A stretch of DNA of 64,000 nt, from the IMG/VR virus record IMGVR_UViG_3300028377_000007, positions 1-64,000 of that record. The stretch is one strand, 5' to 3'. Position numbers and translations under genes: made by a program. The DNA is from a virus. The notes beneath the pieces are model-generated. The model saw nothing but the letters and a program-made list of their open reading frames with translations. It was not told where the DNA came from and made no database searches. This document shows positions 40,413 through 50,473 of the stretch, piece after piece (the first letter of the stretch is position 1; the number at the start of each line of letters is the position of its first letter).

Positions 40413-40649
40413 TTAGATTATCGGGTAGCAGTTGTCAACCCCGTCATTTGCTAATTTTAATATTCTTCTTAGAATTTTTAACTCTGTTTTTGTAAAATTT
40501 ATTTTATGCCATAGATCTATAATATCGTCGACTAAATATAAATTCTCACATTCTATATTTTTTAAAAAATTAAAAAGCTTTTCTGAATTGTTATATTTGC
40601 AACCCATATGGGAATCAGATATAAAAATATGCTTTGATTTTATCATCAC
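40413..40649 (-). pseudogene. truncated LpxH-like metallophosphoesterase
   Basis: IFISDSHMG, LYLV.DIIDLW; ends before GNHD, at the IS607 left end. Confidence 0.7.
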
Positions 40650-40966
40650 CCAATTTTATTAAAGAATTCTATTATTTTATCTTGGAAATCTTTTTCTTCA
40701 TAAATTTCTGAATGAACTACCCTTGCGGAGCCTTGCCCTAAAATACAAAACTTATATTTCCATGTTTTTTCATGGCATATCTCGTCAATAATAAAAAGAA
40801 ATATTTCGCCGAAGCTTTGTTTGATTCTATGACCGCCGAAATTAATTTCTCTGCTTCCTTGGTGTTGCCTTGTGAATCTATTAACTTTGCCGATTTTCTC
40901 TAACTCAAAGTTGTTTTCCAAGATTTTTTTGCGGAAGTCTGTTTTTTTTATTTTCATTTTAATAAT

Positions 40967-41223
40967 TTATAATTTATTTTTTAAAAGTTTTACAATAAAA
41001 TCTACGGAGTCTTTTCCCTGAATTGCTATAACCGAATTAGCTCTTTTCATTTGTTTTGAAATTCTTGATGAATAAAAATTTTTAATCTCTAAATAAACAT
41101 CGTATTCTGGTAAATAAAAATCTAAATGTAAAGATCCCTCTTGCTCATGAAGATATTTTATACCAGCTTGATCCAAGGATTCTGCTATTTTTTTTCAAGT
41201 GGGCATGTTATTCTATCATTCAT
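40967..41223 (-). pseudogene. PD-(D/E)XK nuclease-like gene, frameshifted in an A8 run
   Basis: MNDRITCPLEK, frame break at 41188-41195, then IAESLDQAGIKY...LDFYLPEYDVYLEIK. Confidence 0.6.
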
Positions 41224-41286
41224 TTTATAAAAAAGGGGGCTGTAGATTTTACAAACCCCTTTGTATTTTGTTATTCAGAAAAGTTG

Positions 41287-41604
41287 TTAAGCGTTAACTC
41301 TTTTCAATTCAGCCAATTCTTTTTTCAAATCGGCAAGCTCTCTTTCAGCGTAACGCACTTCAATAATGTACTTGACCAAATCAAGTTTCAAATTAAGAGT
41401 TGTGCTGCCTCTTTTTTCGGTCGCAGAATCTGGAATAAAGCTTTCTTGCTTTGTTTCTTTCAACTCTGCGTTGATACTTTGAGCCAAACGATCCAAATCT
41501 CTTAAAGACAAATCCCACAATTCTTCAATTATCAAATTGCCTTTTCCAGACATGAAACGTAGCTTGTTTCTTGTTGCTTTTTCGAACATTTGTTGTGTTT
41601 CCAT
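41287..41604 (-). CDS. conserved phage coiled-coil protein
   Basis: MFEKATRNKLRF.S.KG.L..E.LWDL. Confidence 0.75.
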   Translation of the reverse strand: METQQMFEKATRNKLRFMSGKGNLIIEELWDLSLRDLDRLAQSINAELKETKQESFIPDSATEKRGSTTLNLKLDLVKYIIEVRYAERELADLKKELAELKRVNA

Positions 41605-41814
41605 TTTTTTGTTTTTTATTGTTATTGTTATTGTTTAATAAAATTACACTTTTACTTTGAGTGTTCTTTTAAATTTGCCTTCTACTTTTACGATGAAGTC
41701 GTTTCTTATTGTGTCAGAAAATCCGATTCCCGATAAAATTGTTTATTTGATATTTCTTTATTATATCCTTAAATCTTTTCTTTGCGTATATTATCTGTGC
41801 TAATTTTTTATTCA

Positions 41815-43524
41815 TTACATTATACTTTTAATACTTGTTTTATATTTTTTTGCGATTGGGATATTTCGGCCAAAACCAAAACTTCTTTTATTAACTCTTA
41901 AAATTGGCGGCATGATTCTCCTTTTGTACTCATTTTTCTCCACCATATTAATTATTTTTTCGATTTTGTCAATGGAAATTTCCTTAATTGCAGAAAAACA
42001 CTGTTCTTTTTCTTTGAAACTAAGTAAATCCCCCTCTAAATATAATTTTAAAACATTATCTAAAATATGATAAGGCGGTAGACTATCAGTGTCAACTTGC
42101 CCCCCCCATAATTCCGCGCTCGGTTCTTTATCAATAACAGATTTTGGGACAACTTCACAACCATAATAATTATTCATCCATTTTGCGAGAGTATATACCT
42201 CTGTTTTGTAAAGATCCCCTATAACAGAAATTCCCCCAACAGTATCCCCTAAAATTGAAAAATACCCCATAGAAGACTCTGATTTATTACTCGTATTTAA
42301 TACTAAAGCCCCAAAATCATTGGAATATTCCATTAATTTTCTTGCGCGAATTCTTGGTTGAATATTCTCAATTGTTAATCTCTTGGGCTGTTGAAATGTT
42401 TCTGTGTAATTTTTAATTGCCAACTCTACTTCTTCGCCGATTGGCATTGTATATAAATTAATACCCAACTCATCACATTGCTTTTTGCTATCTGTGATAC
42501 TTCCTTCGCTAGAAAATTTTGATGGCATTGTAATACACTCAATATTATCTTCGCCTAATATTTTAGCTGCTAAAGCAATTACTAAAGCCGAATCAATTCC
42601 CCCACTCGCTCCGACAACAGCTTTTGTGAAGCCATTTTTCCGAAAATAATCTTTAAGTCCGATTTCTAAAGAATTAAAAATATAAGTATATTTGTCGGAA
42701 GTAACCGTACTAATTTGTGTATTAGGAGATTTTGTACTTACAACTTGGGGAGATTTTGTACTTACAACTTGATTTGCTTCTCTAATTTCTTCTCTAAATC
42801 CGCACATAGTAATAACATCATCCCCATCAACATAAAAAGAATGCCCATCAAAAATTAATTCGTCATTTCCGCCGACTTGATTAACATAAACAAACGGAAC
42901 CTTATAAATTTTAGAAAGCTTTCGATACATATCATAACGGTCATTATGTTTAAGAATATTACTAGGAGAAGCGTTTAGGGTTATAATGGCTTCGATATTT
43001 TCGCTAGAATTTTTATACGGGGAAAGGGGCTCTGCATTGTATATTTTTCTACTAACAAAATTAGAATCATCAAAACAATCTTCGCATATTAAGATTCCAA
43101 CATCTCCATATTTACTATTGAAAACAACGCCGCTTTCTTTCCCAACTTCAAAGTATCTGCTTTCATCAAAGATATTATAAGTTGGTAACAATTGTTTGTT
43201 GTATGTTTTGGAAATTTTTCCGTCTTTAATATGAACTGCCGAATTAAAAAGAGGTTTGCCTATTTTATTGTTTTCTGTGATGCATCCCACGATTATTTCT
43301 GCGGGATTATTAAACGTTAATTCTACAAGTTTTTCAAGATAACAGTTTTGTTCTTCAATAAAATCTTTACGAAGCAACAAATCATTCGGTGGATACCCTG
43401 TTAAAGCTAATTCGCTATATACATGAACCCCTTGGAAATTTGGACTGTAATTTTGCTTTATTTTTAGAAAATTATTTTCTATATCTCCAACTGTGAAGTT
43501 TAATTGGTGTATTTTGAGGTTCAT
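41815..43524 (-). CDS. nadE: glutamine-dependent NAD+ synthetase
   Basis: Nitrilase domain E-K-C triad (SELALTGY, YNKQLLP, ICED) plus synthetase motifs SGGIDS, ENIQ.RIR, NKSE, DLYKT, PSAEL. Confidence 0.96.
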   Translation of the reverse strand: MNLKIHQLNFTVGDIENNFLKIKQNYSPNFQGVHVYSELALTGYPPNDLLLRKDFIEEQNCYLEKLVELTFNNPAEIIVGCITENNKIGKPLFNSAVHIKDGKISKTYNKQLLPTYNIFDESRYFEVGKESGVVFNSKYGDVGILICEDCFDDSNFVSRKIYNAEPLSPYKNSSENIEAIITLNASPSNILKHNDRYDMYRKLSKIYKVPFVYVNQVGGNDELIFDGHSFYVDGDDVITMCGFREEIREANQVVSTKSPQVVSTKSPNTQISTVTSDKYTYIFNSLEIGLKDYFRKNGFTKAVVGASGGIDSALVIALAAKILGEDNIECITMPSKFSSEGSITDSKKQCDELGINLYTMPIGEEVELAIKNYTETFQQPKRLTIENIQPRIRARKLMEYSNDFGALVLNTSNKSESSMGYFSILGDTVGGISVIGDLYKTEVYTLAKWMNNYYGCEVVPKSVIDKEPSAELWGGQVDTDSLPPYHILDNVLKLYLEGDLLSFKEKEQCFSAIKEISIDKIEKIINMVEKNEYKRRIMPPILRVNKRSFGFGRNIPIAKKYKTSIKSIM

Positions 43525-43525
43525 A

Positions 43526-43963
43526 TTATTGTAATTTTTCTTTAACCATAGAGGAAATTTTCTTAATGTCAACACTAATCCCGAATTTTTCCTTGATTTT
43601 CCCAATCACCTTGCCCATATCTCTCATAGACTCTGCCCCAACCTCTTTAATATATTGGTCTATCATATCTGGGTATTCAGATTCTAAAACTTTTTCTGGC
43701 AACAAATCGTCTAATACTTCTGATTTTTCAAAAAATAACAAAGACTCCGATGGTTTTTTATCTTTGAATAACTCATAAGAATCTAAGAATGCTTTCTTCT
43801 CTTTTTCGATAACAGAATAAATTTCGTCCTCTGAAAGCGTTTTGTTTTCTCTATTTTCCCTTTCTTGAATCGCGGATAAAACAGATTGGTATGCCAACAT
43901 TTTTGTTGGTTCTTTATTTTTGCGCGAAGCAAAGATATAGTCTTGGATTGTTTTTTTGTTCAT
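43526..43963 (-). CDS. GatB/YqeY domain protein
   Basis: E.K...S.E.F...E.EVL..LLP...MRDMGKVIG. Confidence 0.8.
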   Translation of the reverse strand: MNKKTIQDYIFASRKNKEPTKMLAYQSVLSAIQERENRENKTLSEDEIYSVIEKEKKAFLDSYELFKDKKPSESLLFFEKSEVLDDLLPEKVLESEYPDMIDQYIKEVGAESMRDMGKVIGKIKEKFGISVDIKKISSMVKEKLQ

Positions 43964-44057
43964 TTTTTTATTTTCCTTTCTTTATTAATTGTTTCTGCAA
44001 CCATAGAATGTATTTTAGATTCTTTCGACTAATACAAGCCTAACTGTTTCTAGCACT

Positions 44058-45179
44058 TCACTCATAATTTCTAATTATTAAATTTGTATAAGGAATCAAA
44101 GGCACCCCATATTCTGAATACTCTTGAAAATCAACTGTAATCACTTCGCCAATATATTTTTCTTTGTTTTCTAAAACCTCTCTTAAAAATTCCATTGTTC
44201 CACGAACATTAGACTCGAAAGTTTCTCCGTTGTCAAGCTCACAAACAATCTTTTTTGCACAACCGCCCCAGTTTCCTTTTCCCCCTAGAATATCAACAAT
44301 TTTAAACTCAGCGTCAATAAAGTTCTTTACTTTTAAAAGATCATGGGTTCTTTTGTGTTGATAAGGCATATCCTTGATTCTAAGAATTGCACCTTCATGG
44401 CCTTCGTTGATAATTTTTTCGGCAAATTCTTTTACTTCTATTTCATCGTTTGCGTATTCCCAAATAACTTCTTTGCAGTATTTTGATTCTTTGGCTATTT
44501 CTGTTATTTGCTGAAATCTTTTTTCATAAGGAACGCCTTCTTTCCCTTTAAAGTATCCGTCATAAACATAAAAACGAACTATTTCCTCTGATTCTTTTAT
44601 TAAATCATCTGTTAGATCTTTTTCTTTTCTTGTTACGGCTACTAATTTAATCAATCTATTTAAATTGTTGCGCAAGTCTTCGTTAAAAAGTTCCCCATCC
44701 AAAACTAAATCTGGATACTTTTCAAAAATAGGTTTTAAGGATTCTTTTATGTGTTTTATATTAAAAAATTCCTCCCCCTTTCTTGAGTTTGCGGAATCTT
44801 TACTTATTACGCATCTTACCCCGTTATATTTTATGTTCATTATAACGGGCCAAATGATTTCTTTTTTTCGATTTTTAAATGGTTTTGCTAAAACAGGTTG
44901 AATCCAAGACTCTTTATCTATGTCTTCAATGTTTTCGTAATGCTTTTGTTTCTTTTTCTTTTTGAATTTTGCCTCTGCTTCTATAAATGCTTGTTCTTCT
45001 GGAGTTGTTTCGTTCTTTTTACCGATATTTTTTACCTCGCAGAAAGTCGGTTTATCAATAACAATAGATCCACCTTGAATTCCATGTTCTGACCAGAATT
45101 TATTATCTTCGACTACAATAGTCCATTCTTGGATTGAGCCGCTTGTATTGCGCTTGTAAAGTGTTGGAAATTTTTTCAT
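44058..45179 (-). CDS. ATP-dependent DNA ligase
   Basis: P.LAK, KYNGVRC, SRKG, LDGEL, VYD, EGAILR, KR...LLKVK, OB domain. Confidence 0.93.
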   Translation of the reverse strand: MKKFPTLYKRNTSGSIQEWTIVVEDNKFWSEHGIQGGSIVIDKPTFCEVKNIGKKNETTPEEQAFIEAEAKFKKKKKQKHYENIEDIDKESWIQPVLAKPFKNRKKEIIWPVIMNIKYNGVRCVISKDSANSRKGEEFFNIKHIKESLKPIFEKYPDLVLDGELFNEDLRNNLNRLIKLVAVTRKEKDLTDDLIKESEEIVRFYVYDGYFKGKEGVPYEKRFQQITEIAKESKYCKEVIWEYANDEIEVKEFAEKIINEGHEGAILRIKDMPYQHKRTHDLLKVKNFIDAEFKIVDILGGKGNWGGCAKKIVCELDNGETFESNVRGTMEFLREVLENKEKYIGEVITVDFQEYSEYGVPLIPYTNLIIRNYE

Positions 45180-45254
45180 TATTTTAGTTCCTTGATTATC
45201 TTTTCTAATCTATCGAAAGATTTTCCTGTTATATTTGTAAGGCTGTAATTATTA

Positions 45255-46424
45255 TTAATAGTTTTCTATGGCGTGAATTAAATATTTAAGGTATAAAGGA
45301 TCTTCACAACTAGCCTTCCCAGAGTCAGCCGATAACTTTGCCACTGGTTGATCATTGTTCTTCGTAACCTTCATTACAATAGACGGAACTTTAATTCCAA
45401 CATCATTAGTTAAATCTGTTCCTATTCCAAAAATTGGCTCTATTTTCCCGCGACAATATTTTTCTATTTCAATTGCTTTTGGAATATTTAAGCCATCTGA
45501 GAATACAATTTTTTTAAACATAGGATCAATATTAAAATCTCTATACATTTTAACAATCATATCTGTATATTCAAAAGGACAACCACTGTCATGCCTTACT
45601 CCATCATACCCTTTTGCTAAGTCAAAGGAAAAATCCTTCAAAAACTTTTCATCCCCAAAGGTATCTGTCAAACAAATAGCTAATTTTCCCTTATATTGAT
45701 TTAACCATTGTTCAAAGATTTCTTTTTGGGAATTTTGAATTGGATATAAACTCTGAACGCCCATAAAAATTTCATGTCCCATTGTACCAATCGGAGTAGA
45801 GTCATATTTTCGCGCCAGATTAACATTTGAAGTCCCAGAAATAAGATTGTTTGAATTAAGCATAGAAAAGATATATTCTTGCCATTCCGCGCTGAATCTT
45901 CTTCTTGTTCCAAATTCTATTAAATTAATTTGGCTTTCTTTAAGGTACTTGATTTTTTCAATTATTTTTTCTGTACCATAATGTATTTCGAATGGAGTCC
46001 CATATTTAAAACTTTTCTCGCCATAAATTTCATTCACTATGCTCAAAACGATTGTCTCAAATAATATAACAGACAACCAACTACCTTTTGCTCGTAATTT
46101 CCAAGGCTCTGATTCATCATCGTTCTTTTCGAAAACCAATTGCGATGGATTAAATCTAAAATCTTGCAACCACCTTATAAAGCTATCGCTAAAATAACCC
46201 AAAGATTGCAAATATTTTTTTTCTTCATTAGTAAGTTTTAGGATTTTTAGTTTATTAAATTCTTCCAAAAGATCTGATGGCCTGATAATATTATAAAAAT
46301 CAGTGGCTTCCGCATTACGGCATTTAAACGTGTATTCAATTTCTACATTACTGAACCTATCATAAACCATTTGCGCAACGGTTAATTTATAAAGATCTAA
46401 ATCTAGTATGCTTTTTATAATCAT
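45255..46424 (-). CDS. pncB: nicotinate phosphoribosyltransferase
   Basis: DLYKLT, EFGTRRRFS, GTSNV, GTMGHE (phospho-His), LTDTFG, GVRHDSG, FSDGL, FGIGT, IVMK, AKLS. Confidence 0.95.
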   Translation of the reverse strand: MIIKSILDLDLYKLTVAQMVYDRFSNVEIEYTFKCRNAEATDFYNIIRPSDLLEEFNKLKILKLTNEEKKYLQSLGYFSDSFIRWLQDFRFNPSQLVFEKNDDESEPWKLRAKGSWLSVILFETIVLSIVNEIYGEKSFKYGTPFEIHYGTEKIIEKIKYLKESQINLIEFGTRRRFSAEWQEYIFSMLNSNNLISGTSNVNLARKYDSTPIGTMGHEIFMGVQSLYPIQNSQKEIFEQWLNQYKGKLAICLTDTFGDEKFLKDFSFDLAKGYDGVRHDSGCPFEYTDMIVKMYRDFNIDPMFKKIVFSDGLNIPKAIEIEKYCRGKIEPIFGIGTDLTNDVGIKVPSIVMKVTKNNDQPVAKLSADSGKASCEDPLYLKYLIHAIENY

Positions 46425-46425
46425 A

Positions 46426-46977
46426 TTAGTGGTGGGTCATTGTTTTTTTGTTTTTTGCTAAGTTAATTATAGTATCTAAATTCACTGGAGTATAATCCCA
46501 AAGATTTACTCCCATGTCAAACACTTTATGTTGATAATAGTCTTTTTGCTTGCCGATGAGGTTTCCATGAACATGACCGTGAAGATGAATTGCGTCCCTA
46601 TGGCATTTGTTCCACTCCAAAATCGGGAAATGAAACATACAAAACATCTGTCCTTTATATTTCAACTCATAATAGTCTTTTACCCAAACAAGTCTATCTC
46701 TAAAATCTTTATTATTTAAAGCTTTAAAATCGTGGTTGCCTTTAATAAAATGAATATTACCATTAAGTCTTTCAATTATTTTAATAGCTTTTTGTGCAGA
46801 AAAACAAAAATCCCCAAGATAATAAACATCTTCATTTGGTTCGACTACTTTATTCCAATTGGCGATATTAATTTCATCATGTTCTTGAATATCTTTGAAC
46901 GGCCTATTATCATATTTCATGATATTGACATGAGAAAAGTGTATGTCGGAGATTGCGAATTTATTGTTTTCTTGCAT
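46426..46977 (-). CDS. metallophosphoesterase
   Basis: ISDIHF.H, YLGDF, KGNHD, HFP, LHGHVH. Confidence 0.92.
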   Translation of the reverse strand: MQENNKFAISDIHFSHVNIMKYDNRPFKDIQEHDEINIANWNKVVEPNEDVYYLGDFCFSAQKAIKIIERLNGNIHFIKGNHDFKALNNKDFRDRLVWVKDYYELKYKGQMFCMFHFPILEWNKCHRDAIHLHGHVHGNLIGKQKDYYQHKVFDMGVNLWDYTPVNLDTIINLAKNKKTMTHH

Positions 46978-47203
46978 TTTATAGAGTTGTTTTAAATACT
47001 AAATTTCATTGTAAATCTTTCTGGCCTCTTTTATTTCACGAAGTCGTTTATATTTCTCTCGGATTGGTCTCCGTATTAATGAATAAGGGGTCCCGCTTCA
47101 ACTGGAAAATGGAGTGTTTCCGTATTCCAAGTTTTTGCGCCATTTAATACTCTTCTAATGTAGGGGATTATTTTGGATTTTTCTTCTTTTGTTAAAATCT
47201 TTT

Positions 47204-47734
47204 TCATACTAGTTTCTCCTGATTAGAAAGTCTACAAATTACAACATCAATACCATAATCCGCCGCTAATACTTCGATCATTTTCAAAATAATAGGAAAT
47301 CTAGCCCCAGCCAAATTACTTGCAATTCCGTAGGGCACTAAAATCTTATATTCTTTATCTTTGATACACGAAAACAAGCCTTTCACGCAATCGTGAAAAG
47401 CATCATAACTTGTGTCTCTATCCCCTAAACTATCTCTTGTAAATTTATATTGACTATAAAAATTGACTATAATCTTGTTTTCTGCAACTTTGGCGAAAGA
47501 ATAAGTTCCCAATTTGTTGCTATCGCCTTTTCTTGTTGAACAATCTGCTTGGTATGCTTCTGGGTATTTTTCGCGAATTAAGCGAGCAACACCACTCCCC
47601 ATTGTATGAAAACAATTTGCTTGATGAATTATTACAGCTTTTTCTGACTCCTCAAAAACCTCAAAAATATCTGCTTCTATAATTTTGCAAGTTCCTGATT
47701 CATAAAGTGTATGGTATTTACTTAATTCTTTCAT
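47204..47734 (-). CDS. macro domain (Appr-1-p processing) protein
   Basis: IIHQANCFHTMGSGVARLI..KYP, N.YSQ, PYGIASNLAG. Confidence 0.9.
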   Translation of the reverse strand: MKELSKYHTLYESGTCKIIEADIFEVFEESEKAVIIHQANCFHTMGSGVARLIREKYPEAYQADCSTRKGDSNKLGTYSFAKVAENKIIVNFYSQYKFTRDSLGDRDTSYDAFHDCVKGLFSCIKDKEYKILVPYGIASNLAGARFPIILKMIEVLAADYGIDVVICRLSNQEKLV

Positions 47735-48260
47735 TTCATTTATTAGTGAGTATTTCTTTGCCTCTTTTTGTTATTGCTATCCATCTTCCCCATCCAGTAA
47801 TAAATCCATCGCTTTCTAATTTTGGCAATAGTATTTTATAAAAAAAATTTTCATTCAACCAATAATCATTCTTTTTAATGGTATTAAATGTTTTCTTTTT
47901 TGTGGTAAATGGAAATCTTTTTTTTGATAATTCTTCAAGAATAAGGACGTTCAATGTTCTCATTGTATATTCTAGGTAATAACCAGAATGGCTACTATAG
48001 AAATTATCTTTTTCTGGTTTTTTTCTTTTGCTTTTCATTGATTCTCAGGATATTTCCACTTATGGGTTACTTTATATTTTTCGTATGGAGTAATTAACTC
48101 ATATTTATCATTCTCTGTCAAGCGTAAAATCCAAACTTTTCCATTCGATGGGTTCTTTATTTCCTCAAACTGCTCAACGGTCAAATGCAAAAACTTCATA
48201 AACTTTTATCAACATTTCCCTCTGATTGTCCGTGTCTGATTATGTATATGTATTTTGGCT

Positions 48261-49952
48261 TCATTTGCTATTCAATTTATATAATTTATTCGCACAAGCT
48301 ACTAACGTTTGATTTTTGTCGGAAAAAAGTAGATCCTCCGAATTCAATGGCGAGTCTAACACTTTTATGCGCGAATTGTCAACAAAAATCTCTATATTTT
48401 GGCCGTTTTTCGCAACAGAAACCCCTTTTTCTAAAACTGTAAAATCAAAATCGTCCAAATCAACTTTCTCACTTCTATATGTATATGTTCCATCTTTATT
48501 GAAACAAAAAACACATCTAAAATAATAACCACTTTTTTCTATAGTAAAGACAGCAACATTATTTAAGTATTTTACTTCAAGAATTTTTAATCCATTCAAC
48601 TCTTTTAAATAGGTCTTTTTCGCTGTATTGTTTTTCGGCGTAATAATATTAACCTTATTAAAAATCTTATTTCCATCGTCAAAAGGCCAATATTCGACAA
48701 CACAGCCATCAAATAATTCATAGTTCCAAAAAAGATTTGCCACTGGTTTATTTGAAGCCAGCAACTTTTTCATTTTGCTTATTTTAACTTCATAAAGGCT
48801 GTCTGCTTTTTCAATATAAATATTATTTTCATAAACAAAGAAATTTTTCGCCGCTATACTGCATTTATCTTGTTTTGTGATATTAAAAACTTCTATTGTT
48901 GACTTAGCTTTATCTAATTCTACAATATATGGTTCATTATTTAAAAATAAGAAGTCCCTTTTTATATTAGAATTTGCGTTTAATGATAGATTGAACTTGT
49001 TGCCATTTTTATAAAAACTATTTTTCGTTAATACATATTGAATCCCGAAATCATATTTTACAGATGCGATTATAGAATCAAAATCTTTTATTAATTCTAA
49101 AGAAAAACTTCCATTACTAGAAATTATTTTTGGCGTTACTTTTCCAATTTTGATTTCTTCGTCGTCTGACTTTGGCGGCTTTATTCTTTCCCCATGCTCG
49201 AAAACCTTTTGAAACCATTTTAAATGACTTTTCGGAATGACATCCCAATCTTGTGAGGCTGGCGGCAATTTGCTTTTATTATTAAAAACAGAAATTCCAT
49301 CCTCCAATCTTTTCAACCAATCTTTTATTCCGTAGTCTGGGTGTCTGCCTTTGTATGGATGCGAACCCATATACAATTCAAACATAACTATTCCCCAAGA
49401 AAACCAATCGCTTTCTTCTGTAAATTTTTTATTTTTAACAAGCGGGTCGCGGATACTATCCATGATTGCAGTTGCTGGGTAGTTCTTTGTTTGATAGCTA
49501 TCTACGTCTATATGATAAGGTGTTTTATAATCTCTGCTTACAAGAAAATTAAATGGATTGTAATCTACCACCAAAGTTTCATTTTTATGTACAAACTCTA
49601 ATACTTCTCTAAAGCCATCTACCAATGCTTTAATATTTTCTGGCGATACGTTGTTTTTATTTCTGTATCCTTTGTTAAAAAGTTTTACTAAATATTCGTT
49701 GTTTTTTATATAGGGCATCGAAAAACCTATATTTTCGCCCTTTGTATTTTGGATGGGAAATTTCGGGCATAGAATTTCTTTTCTATTTAACTTGGCAAGT
49801 TCGCCGATTTTTCCAGAAGAGATACATTTATTTTTTTCATGGTAAATCTTATAAGCAAATCCATCTTTCGTATAAATAGAAGCTTCTCCGCCTTGAGAAA
49901 GATAATTATTTTTTGATAAAAATATCTCTCTATTGTTTTCTATTATTTTCAC
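48261..49952 (-). CDS. YegI-like Ser/Thr protein kinase with a C-terminal beta domain
   Basis: GGEASIY, YKIYH, M.YI, H....VVD.NP.NFLV, IDVDSYQ, DWFSWG, HPYKG. Confidence 0.85.
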   Translation of the reverse strand: MKIIENNREIFLSKNNYLSQGGEASIYTKDGFAYKIYHEKNKCISSGKIGELAKLNRKEILCPKFPIQNTKGENIGFSMPYIKNNEYLVKLFNKGYRNKNNVSPENIKALVDGFREVLEFVHKNETLVVDYNPFNFLVSRDYKTPYHIDVDSYQTKNYPATAIMDSIRDPLVKNKKFTEESDWFSWGIVMFELYMGSHPYKGRHPDYGIKDWLKRLEDGISVFNNKSKLPPASQDWDVIPKSHLKWFQKVFEHGERIKPPKSDDEEIKIGKVTPKIISSNGSFSLELIKDFDSIIASVKYDFGIQYVLTKNSFYKNGNKFNLSLNANSNIKRDFLFLNNEPYIVELDKAKSTIEVFNITKQDKCSIAAKNFFVYENNIYIEKADSLYEVKISKMKKLLASNKPVANLFWNYELFDGCVVEYWPFDDGNKIFNKVNIITPKNNTAKKTYLKELNGLKILEVKYLNNVAVFTIEKSGYYFRCVFCFNKDGTYTYRSEKVDLDDFDFTVLEKGVSVAKNGQNIEIFVDNSRIKVLDSPLNSEDLLFSDKNQTLVACANKLYKLNSK

Positions 49953-50473
49953 TTTTAATATCCAAATTTAGTATATAAATTTTTTTTATCGCCGACTTCT
50001 TTTTCCCCATCAATGAATTTTTTTATATCTGCCATGACACTTTCGTTTTCCAAAATTTCTTTAGCTGTTAAACCAGAGATTTTTAATGTTAGTTTTTTCT
50101 GTGGCTGTAATGGTTTTAATTTAGAGTTCATCGTATAAATCTCTTAGTTTTAACTTTTCTTTCAGGTCTTCTAAACTTGAAAATTCAATCTCGAATTCTT
50201 GATTGCTATCTTCTTTTATTGTGCTCATATTTTTTATTAATATTTTTTCTTGCGATTCTATTGTGGATTCTATAAGTTTTTTGGGATAATAAAATCCAGA
50301 CATAAGTCGGTAGCTGTAAAAACCACTATTTCCATAATTTTGAGACGGTTTATTCTTCGGGACTTGGCTGGCTATTATTTTGGCGAAATCTTCATTCTTA
50401 TCATATTTTTTAGCAAAAAGATTAATAAATCCATCACTAATTGCTTTTTCTGCTTCAACATACAAATCTTTTA

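Larger units (their letters stand above)
37919..40440 (-). mobile_element. IS607-family element: degenerate tnpA, methyltransferase cargo, tnpB (left end approximate)
   Basis: Right end ...AAAAGAACGG at 37919 is shared with the relic at 56996; order tnpA - MTase - tnpB. Confidence 0.75.

Noticed and set aside
45255-46424. Nicotinamide phosphoribosyltransferase (NadV/Nampt, NARP2)
   Set aside because: The motifs (DLYK, EFGTRRR, GTMGHE) and the co-occurrence with PncA and NadE indicate nicotinate-specific PncB.
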